Shown: positions 57,500 through 64,000 of the stretch, in pieces | How the letters are laid out: each line of letters opens with the position of its first letter | How positions within the stretch are numbered: position 1 is the stretch's first letter | Origin: an uncultured Gemmatimonadales bacterium | GTDB taxonomy: Bacteria > Gemmatimonadota > Gemmatimonadetes > Gemmatimonadales > GWC2-71-9 | DNA length: 64,000 bases | Direction of reading: 5' to 3' | NCBI GenBank assembly: GCA_963828735.1 | Contig: CAWHFW010000005.1 | Span: forward strand, 448,001-512,000 | Translations under genes and position numbers: made by a program | The notes under the pieces: generated by a model | Databases searched by the model: none | Seen by the model: only the letters and a program-made list of their open reading frames with translations | Told to the model about the DNA's origin: nothing

Positions 57500-57721
57500 T
57501 TAGCTGGCGGTCGAGAGCTGCCAGCGGTGCTGAATCGCCTTCCACTGCAGCGCCTGATAGAGGCCGGCGAGCCCCACGAGGATGTACACCGCGCGGCTGA
57601 GAGGACTCAGATTGCCGAAAATGGTTCCCACTAGATCCATCCCCCCCGTCACGCCCACCACGCCCCAGTTGAGGCCGCCGACGACGAGAAGCGCGGCAGC
57701 CAACACGTCCATCTTTTTCAT
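57500..57721 (-). CDS. DUF378 membrane protein
   Basis: GGAGG RBS; LLVVGGLNWG..DLV..IFG..SR.VYILVGLAG. Confidence 0.9.
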   Translation of the reverse strand: MKKMDVLAAALLVVGGLNWGVVGVTGGMDLVGTIFGNLSPLSRAVYILVGLAGLYQALQWKAIQHRWQLSTAS

Positions 57722-57736
57722 GGTCCAACCTCCGGA

Positions 57737-57845
57737 TGTTTGAACTATGTCTAACAATCGTCGAGCAAACTAGGCTACGTACCGCCAACTGTCAAGCGTT
57801 TGTCTAATTCATTATCTTGACAATAGCTAGACGACGCTGTACAGT
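57737..57845. promoter_or_regulatory. Divergent promoters with CarH-type roughly 11-bp-periodic TnnACA repeats
   Basis: + strand TTGACA(57817)-N17-TACAGT; - strand TTGACA(57795)-N17-TAGTTT. Repeats at 57817/57828/57838 (+) and 57737/57748/57759, 57790/57801 (-). Confidence 0.75.
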
Positions 57846-57851
57846 GGAGGA

Positions 57852-58796
57852 GTGACCGAGTCCACGCTTCCACCTTCCGCCGCGCCTCGCTACCCCGTTC
57901 GGCTGGTCGCCCTCCGGACCGGACTGTCGCCCCACGTACTCCGTGCTTGGGAGCGCCGCTACCGCGTTGTCACGCCCACCAGGACAGAGGGGGGCCAGCG
58001 CCTCTATTCCGACCTGGACGTCGAGCGCCTGCTGCGCCTGCGCCGACTCACCGAGCACGGCCACGCGATCGGGCGCATCGCCTCGCTCCCACTCCCTGAA
58101 CTGGCGCGCTTGGAACAGGAGGCGCCGCCGGAACCGCTGGGGTTCGCAAGCGACGAGGCGGCGGAGGCTGCCACCGCGGCCCTCCAAGCCACGCGGCGGC
58201 TCGATGCACCGGAGCTGCAAGCCGTGCTCGAGCGGGCCGCCCTCACGCTCGGCGTTCCCCTGTTCCTCGATCAAGTCGTCGCTGCACTGCTCGGACGGAT
58301 CGGCGACGGCTGGAGCGAGCACTCGGTTTCCGTGGCCCAGGAGCACATGGCTTCGGCCCTCATACGGCGGGTGCTGGGCTGGCTCTTGCGCGTGTACGAG
58401 GTGAGGAACGGCGCGCCCAGGGTGGTGGTCGCCACGCCGCCGCAGCACTCGCACGAGCTCGGCGCCCTCATGGCGGCGGCCAGCGCCGCGGCCGAAGGCT
58501 GGAACGTGACCTACCTCGGTCCCGACCTGCCGGTGGCCGACCTCGTCAGCGCGGTCGGGCAGTCGGACGCGCGAGCGGTGGCGATCAGCGCCGTGTATCA
58601 GCCTCAAGGCGTTGATCTGCTCGAAGTGCTGCGCGACATCCGGGCGCGGCTTCCCGGCCACGTCACCCTGCTTGTAGGCGGCACTGGCGCGCTTCGGGTC
58701 CGCGTGGAGGCCGAGGCAGCGGGGGCGCGTGTGATTGAATCGCTGACCGAGTTTCGGACCCTGCTCCCTCGCCTGGCGAAAGAGACGGCTGAATGA
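57852..58796 (+). CDS. carH: CarH/LitR adenosylcobalamin-dependent photoreceptor repressor (MerR HTH plus B12 domain)
   Basis: LRAWERRY, RTEGGQRLY, W-x9-EH (WSEHSVSVAQEH), HSHELG, ISAV, LVGG. Confidence 0.88.
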   Translation: MTESTLPPSAAPRYPVRLVALRTGLSPHVLRAWERRYRVVTPTRTEGGQRLYSDLDVERLLRLRRLTEHGHAIGRIASLPLPELARLEQEAPPEPLGFASDEAAEAATAALQATRRLDAPELQAVLERAALTLGVPLFLDQVVAALLGRIGDGWSEHSVSVAQEHMASALIRRVLGWLLRVYEVRNGAPRVVVATPPQHSHELGALMAAASAAAEGWNVTYLGPDLPVADLVSAVGQSDARAVAISAVYQPQGVDLLEVLRDIRARLPGHVTLLVGGTGALRVRVEAEAAGARVIESLTEFRTLLPRLAKETAE

Positions 58797-60286
58797 CTCG
58801 TAAGGGGGAGCTCGTCCTGCTAACTGGTGCGACCGGCTATGTGGGTGGTCGCCTACGGAGGGCCCTGGAGGCTGAGGGGCGCCCTCTGCGCTGCATGGCG
58901 CGGCGGCCCGAGTACCTGCGTACGCGGGTGGCGGAGGGCACCGACGTCGTTGCGGGAGACATCCTGAAACCCGACACGCTACCCTCTGCCCTTCGAGGCG
59001 TGCACACCGCGTATTACCTGATCCATTCCATGGCTGCCTGCAAGGACTACGCGGCCAGCGACCGGCGCGGCGCCGAGGCATTCGCCCGCGCCGCCCGGGA
59101 GGCAGGCGTTCGGCGGATCATCTATCTCGGTGGCCTGGGCGAGGGAGACCAGCTGTCGCGGCATCTGGCAAGCCGCCAGCAAGTCGGCCGTATCCTGCGC
59201 GAGTCAGGCGTGTCGACCATTGAGTTCCGTGCCTCGATCGTGATCGGGTCCGGCAGCCTCTCCTTCGAGCTGGTGCGCGCGCTCGTCGAGAAGCTCCCGA
59301 TCATGCTGACGCCCCGCTGGGTGGAGTCATCCACTCAGCCGATTGGAGTCGAGGACCTGGTGGACTACCTGGTCGCTGCGCTCGACCTCCCGACGGAGGT
59401 GGGGGTTGTCTACGAGGTCGGCGGGCCTGATCGCGTCTGCTACGGGGACCTCATGCGCGAGTATGCCCGGCTTCGCGGCCTTCGGCGCGTCATGATCCCG
59501 GTGCCCGCCCTGACGCCTCGCCTCTCGAGCCTCTGGCTGGGGCTGGTCACGCCGGTGTACGCGCAGGTCGGTCGAGAGCTGATCGAGGGCGTCCGCAATC
59601 CGACCGTGGTGAGTGACGACCGCGCACTCGAGGACTTCCGCATTCGGCCTCGCGGGATCCGGGAAGTGCTGGCCCGCGCGCTGATCAACGAAGATCTCGG
59701 CTTTGCCGCGACGCGCTGGTCGGATGCGCTCTCCTCCCGGCGTGTCGGCCGCAGCTGGGGCGGGGTGCGGTTCGGCTCCCGCCGAGTGGACTCACGCGCG
59801 GCCTGGGTCGCCTGCCCTCCGGAGCAGGCATACCGTCCGATCTCGCGCATCGGCGGCCAGGTCGGTTGGTACTACGGCAACCGCCTCTGGAGGCTGCGCG
59901 GACTGATGGATCTCGCGGTCGGCGGCCCGGGCCTGCGCCGCGGCCGTCGGGACGCGGACTCACTCTCTCCCGGGGACACTTTGGACTTCTGGCGGGTCGA
60001 AGCGGTCGAACCGGGTCGTCTGCTCCGCCTGGCCGCTGAGATGCGGCTACCGGGGAGGGCGTGGCTGCAATTCGAGGTGACGCCGGAAGCCGGCGGAAGC
60101 CTGATCCGGCAGACCGCTCTGTTCGATCCTGTCGGCTTGCGCGGCCTCCTCTACTGGTATGCGCTGTGGGGCATCCATCGGCTGGTCTTCGCGGGGATGC
60201 TGCGCAACATCGTTCGTGCGGCCGCGGGAGGTGACGCGCGGCTTCACAACTCCTCCGTACCGTCCGTCGCGACTCAGGCGCGATGA
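58793..60286 (+). CDS. NAD(P)-binding atypical SDR with DUF2867 (YbjT-like)
   Basis: TGATGYVG, YLIHSM, HLASR, LDFWRV, AEMRLPG.AWL motifs; ATGA coupling to carH. Confidence 0.9.
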   Translation: MTRKGELVLLTGATGYVGGRLRRALEAEGRPLRCMARRPEYLRTRVAEGTDVVAGDILKPDTLPSALRGVHTAYYLIHSMAACKDYAASDRRGAEAFARAAREAGVRRIIYLGGLGEGDQLSRHLASRQQVGRILRESGVSTIEFRASIVIGSGSLSFELVRALVEKLPIMLTPRWVESSTQPIGVEDLVDYLVAALDLPTEVGVVYEVGGPDRVCYGDLMREYARLRGLRRVMIPVPALTPRLSSLWLGLVTPVYAQVGRELIEGVRNPTVVSDDRALEDFRIRPRGIREVLARALINEDLGFAATRWSDALSSRRVGRSWGGVRFGSRRVDSRAAWVACPPEQAYRPISRIGGQVGWYYGNRLWRLRGLMDLAVGGPGLRRGRRDADSLSPGDTLDFWRVEAVEPGRLLRLAAEMRLPGRAWLQFEVTPEAGGSLIRQTALFDPVGLRGLLYWYALWGIHRLVFAGMLRNIVRAAAGGDARLHNSSVPSVATQAR

Positions 60287-60355
60287 AGGTCGACGGGGTC
60301 GTGGCGTGCTACCCTGAGCGCTTGAACGGCGCAACCAGGTCCTAAGATCGACTTT

Positions 60356-60901
60356 ATGGCGGCGGATTCGCAGACCACGTGCTTCGAGATGCCCGACGGA
60401 GCAACCATCCTCATCGTGGACCACGACCCATCGTTGCGCCGATCGCTGCGCAGGATGCTCGAGATGGAGGGAACTTCCGTGGTGGAGGCAGTCGACGGCG
60501 AGCAGGCCCTTCGTGTGATTGAGGGGGACGGCGAGGATCAGCTGCTCGACGTGGTCCTGACCAGCCTGCTTCTGCCCCTCATGTCCGGCCCCGAATTGAT
60601 CGCTGTACTCCTCGAATGCCGCGTGGCATTGCCGGTCGTGGCTATGTCGGGATCGCTCGAAGTGCCGGCCGACTTCCCTACAGTGCCGCTTCTGCGGAAG
60701 CCGTTCGACCATGAGGAGCTGGTGCGAACAGTGACCCCCCTCATTCTCAGCTCGCAAGCGAATCGCCGGCGGGCACGGCATGCGCGCGCTGATGCCGCCG
60801 AAGCGCGTACACTGGCCGAACGAACAGACGATCTGTTCCAAGAAATTGTGCTGCGCACTCCTCGAGGGTATGACCTCAACAGCGATAGGCCACCGGGATG
60901 A
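60356..60901 (+). CDS. Atypical (pseudo) receiver domain protein
   Basis: ILIVDHD, DVVLTSLLLP (Ser at the phospho-Asp site), AMSG, RKPF. Confidence 0.75.
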   Translation: MAADSQTTCFEMPDGATILIVDHDPSLRRSLRRMLEMEGTSVVEAVDGEQALRVIEGDGEDQLLDVVLTSLLLPLMSGPELIAVLLECRVALPVVAMSGSLEVPADFPTVPLLRKPFDHEELVRTVTPLILSSQANRRRARHARADAAEARTLAERTDDLFQEIVLRTPRGYDLNSDRPPG

Positions 60902-61105
60902 GGCAGGCTGGAGTGAGGCGGATGTACTGGCATCTGGTCCCGGTAAGACGTAAGTCGCCTCGCAGCGCCGCACCCCGTATCAAGAAGCATCGCGTCCAGG
61001 AGGCCACGACAGAGCCCCGATGGCGCGGCTAGCGCGACCGGGGCTCGGCACTGGATGCAGCTCCCAAACTGGACCACTAAACTTGGCCACGAACCGCAAA
61101 CTCAA

Positions 61106-61147
61106 TGCGCCGCGTAGGAATCGAACCTACAACCTAGTGATTAAGAG
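61106..61147 (-). mobile_element. 3' fragment of tRNA-Lys(CTT), interpreted as the att site of an integrative element
   Basis: Minus strand CTCTTAA-TCACT-AGGTT-GTAGG-TTCGATT-CCTAC-GCGGCGC-A; no D arm or 5' acceptor strand upstream. Confidence 0.85.
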
Positions 61148-61517
61148 GCCATTGCCAGGGGTGCGCGGTCGTCCGTATCGCGCACGTCACACCCCTGCTA
61201 ACCCGTGCGGGTGACGACACTTCACGTCACTTCGCGCACCTCGGGTCCTGTTGTCACCTCTCTAGGTTTCGTAGCCATTGGCCCGAGAATGGCCACGAAA
61301 TGGCCACGCGCTGAGGGGGCGAGTGGGCGGTCGGCCCCGGGCTCCATCTCCGGTCGAATCGGGCTGACATGCGGCTCGCCAAAGGGGCACCACGTGAAGC
61401 CGTCCATGCGGGCTTACTCCTGAGCGGGGGTGAGCGGTAGACTACGCCCGCGCCCTCAACCGACCCTCAACACTGGCTCGGATCAGACCCCACCACACAC
61501 GCATAGGTGCCCGGCTC

Positions 61518-61955
61518 ATGAGCATCAGGAAGAAGCAGGCTTGCGTGGACTGCCACTTCTTCGTCAAGCAGGCCGCGCCGCTCCCCTCGCCGCAGGTCTA
61601 CGTATCGCTCGTGACTCGGGAGGAGCGACAACAGGCGAAGGCTGGCGACTACGCGTGGAGTAATCACTACTCCCTCGGATGCCACATGCTAGTGTGGGAT
61701 GAGGGGCATCAGTTTGATGCGACGCGGAAGCACGCTGCCGTTGTCGTGGCCGACCGCCGCAAGTTCTGTTTCTTCTGGGAATTTCGGCCAGGGATGATGC
61801 TCCCCGCCGCCCGCACGCTACAAGAGCGTGAAGCGGCCGACAGCAGGGCAGCGCGTAACCGTACCCTGACCACCATCGGGCTTTGGATTGCTGCGCTCGC
61901 CCTCGTGGCTGACGTGATTGTCGGGCTCATGCAGCGATGCTCGCTCGGTCGCTAG
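61518..61955 (+). CDS. Hypothetical Cys/His protein with C-terminal TM helix
   Basis: CVDCH, GCH, KFC; hydrophobic C-terminus; island-like codon usage. Confidence 0.6.
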   Translation: MSIRKKQACVDCHFFVKQAAPLPSPQVYVSLVTREERQQAKAGDYAWSNHYSLGCHMLVWDEGHQFDATRKHAAVVVADRRKFCFFWEFRPGMMLPAARTLQEREAADSRAARNRTLTTIGLWIAALALVADVIVGLMQRCSLGR

Positions 61956-62287
61956 ATTTCATCGCAGACCCGATAAATCTGCCCGCTGCGCCGTCGCGGG
62001 CCCGAGGGGGGACGGACCACGCGGCCCGACCCGTTCGGGCCGCAGCGTGGCGTTTAGCGCGTCGTCGCGGGTCCCATTTTTTTCCGAACGGAGGTCCGAG
62101 TGCATCGGCAGGTGTGGGCACATGAGCATCGGTCCGGCTGCCTCGGTGGACCGATGCACCACGAGACCGAGGGCGACTACCGCGCAGGGACACCTTCGTC
62201 CCGAAGCCGTAACTTGTCGTCTGTTCCACCATCGCTCCCTCCCTAGCAGAACCCGCCTGGCTCCGGAAAGCCTCATTTACCTCCGTG

Positions 62288-62827
62288 TCACTCCGTCGTG
62301 AACGGGAAGAGCATGCCGTACGAGCCGTTGCTCCCCTTCCAACCACCCCCCATGCCGCTCATGGGCATACCAGCGTGAGAGCCGCCCATCATGCCTGGCA
62401 TGAGCCATTGGCCGCCATCCTGGCCCATATGGGTCTGCAGGTCGATAGGGTGCCCGTCGGCGTCCATCATTCCGCCACCCATATGGAACGTGTACGCCGT
62501 ATTCGGGTCGAGCGGCTGCATCGGGAGGCACGTGACGGTCTGACGGTCGGTGGACCACGTGCACGTGATCGGCACGAGTGGACCGCTGGCGTCACCCCGG
62601 TGAAGGTCGAGGTACTGCTCCATGCCGGTCTGCATCGGCCCGCTGAAGGTCAGGTTCATCGGACCTGTCGTGGAGACCCCCGTCGATCCTCCCGCCGGCG
62701 CCACGCTGAGAAGCGCGGTGGTGCTCGGGGTCGGGGTCGGGGTAGGTGCGGTGGCGTCGCTTCCCCCACACGCTGTTGCCACGAGCGCGCCGATCATCGT
62801 CCAACCCAGTCGCATACGTCGATTCAT
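62288..62827 (-). CDS. Ig-like (Big_5) lipoprotein with Met/His/Gly-rich segment
   Basis: ATAC lipobox; PT linker; LTFSGPM..P.QPL.PNTAY; HMGGGMM...GMMGGSHAGMPMSGM. Confidence 0.75.
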   Translation of the reverse strand: MNRRMRLGWTMIGALVATACGGSDATAPTPTPTPSTTALLSVAPAGGSTGVSTTGPMNLTFSGPMQTGMEQYLDLHRGDASGPLVPITCTWSTDRQTVTCLPMQPLDPNTAYTFHMGGGMMDADGHPIDLQTHMGQDGGQWLMPGMMGGSHAGMPMSGMGGGWKGSNGSYGMLFPFTTE

Positions 62828-63008
62828 AGAGATCTACCTGCGGCCTAGCCCCAAGAAGCGGGCGCCGCAATGTGTTGTCCTGCGATCACTGCTCGGTGCC
62901 TCCGCTTCCTATCATACGGTTCGTGCCCGAAGGGTACGTGAGGCCTTCATGAAAAGACCTTCAGGGCGTAACCCCGATCAGCAGGTCCCTGACCCGTGCT
63001 CTTCCATC

Positions 63009-64000
63009 TCAGACTGCGGACCGCCGCAGCAGCTGCGCGTTCAGCGCTACGATGACGGTGCTCAGCGACATCAGCACGGCCCCGACGGCGGGCGAAAGCA
63101 GGATGCCCTGGCGGGCGAGTACGCCGGCCGCGAGCGGGATGGCCACCACGTTGTAGCCGGCCGCCCACCACAGGTTCTGCACCATCTTCCGGTACGAGGC
63201 CCGGCTGAGCCGGATGATGCGCGGCACATCGCGGGGGTCGCTTCGCACCAGCACGATGTCGCCCGCTTCGACCGCGACGTCGGTGCCCGCCCGATCGCGA
63301 TGCCCACGTCGGCGGAAACCAGGGCCGGGGCGTCGTTCACTCCGTCGCCCACCATGCCGACTCGCTTCCCCGGCTCGCTGGAGCTCCTGGATCTTCCCGA
63401 CCTTGTCCTGCGGCAGCACTTCCGCGAACACGGTGTCGATGCCCAGCTCCGAGGCCACGGCCTCGGCGACCGGGCGAGCGTCACCGGTCAGCATGACGAC
63501 CTTGATGTGCTGAGCGTGCAACTCGCTGCACGGCGGCCCTGGATTCGGGTCGCACCACGTCGGCCACGGTGAACATGGCGAGTGCCTCGACGCCCGGCCC
63601 GGTGCGGACCTCTTCGACCAGGAAGACGGCCGTCTGGCCGCGGCCGGCCGCCAGGTCGGCCGCTCTGCGCAAGGGATCGGGAACGGCGACGGAGCGCGCC
63701 TTGAGAAGCGCGGGGCCGCCCATCAGCGAGCGACCGCCCCTCGACTCCGGCGCTCACGCCGACGCCCGGAATCGCCCGAAATCCCTCCGCCGCGGGGAAC
63801 GTGGATCCCGCGCTGCCGGGCGCGATCGGACAATCGCCCTGGGCGATGGTATGCTCGGAGTCCTGTTCGACCGCCGCCGCCAACCGCAACGCCTCTACGT
63901 CGGTGAAGCCGCCCGCGGTCGCGATGCCGACCACGCCGAATCTCGCCGCGCGTGAGCGTCCCGGTCTTGTCGAAGACGACTGGTCGTCAGGTTCCGCGCC
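63009..64000 (-). pseudogene. Copper P1B-type ATPase (CopB/P1B-3-like), multiply frameshifted, 5' end outside the window
   Basis: [43 protein letters not shown] and MSLST are spread over several frames. Confidence 0.85.

Noticed and set aside
61106..61185. Intact tRNA-Lys
   Set aside because: The 5' anticodon strand, D arm and 5' acceptor strand are missing; only the 3' half is present.
1..64000. CRISPR arrays, rRNA, integrase/transposase, defence systems, cobalamin riboswitch
   Set aside because: No regularly spaced repeats or diagnostic motifs found by eye.

Overview
High-GC bacterial window. The gene repertoire suggests Gemmatimonadota (inference: kinase-PD40 fusion, ECF/anti-sigma/TonB receptor cluster, LVIVD/YVTN pair, many lipoproteins). 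About 58 protein genes are supportable; most long ORFs in the supplied track are antisense shadows. Left to right: (1) heparinase II/III-like lyase, GHMP sugar kinase and family-5 ABC transporter; (2) sigma54-type promoter, M66-like metalloprotease lipoprotein and DUF6438; (3) a c-di-GMP-I (GEMM) riboswitch with non-canonical C at position 20, upstream of a GlcG/HbpS lipoprotein; (4) MFS/NUDIX, DinB, DNA-repair radical SAM, ArsR-RND efflux and amidohydrolases; (5) a stand-alone Zn-free rpsD; (6) Rieske and cytochrome b-c fusion next to a di-heme protein; (7) kinase and TBDR-ECF-anti-sigma; (8) PLP decarboxylase coupled to a ureohydrolase; (9) two divergent lipase-maturation-factor paralogs plus a sulfite-oxidase-family enzyme, then ogt and a 2OG oxygenase; (10) a MarR-linked operon of three cupredoxins, one fused to a putative beta-barrel; (11) a CarH/LitR B12 photoreceptor with visible operators but no carotenoid or photolyase genes in the window; (12) a tRNA-Lys 3' fragment (att site) flanked by arm-type repeats, leading into a copper-related island with a frameshifted P1B ATPase. 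Best candidates for undescribed systems: the barrel-cupredoxin operon, the CarH regulon with a His-patterned microprotein, the C20 riboswitch and the LMF pair. No CRISPR, rRNA or intact tRNA was seen. Family assignments are by motif recognition, not database search.
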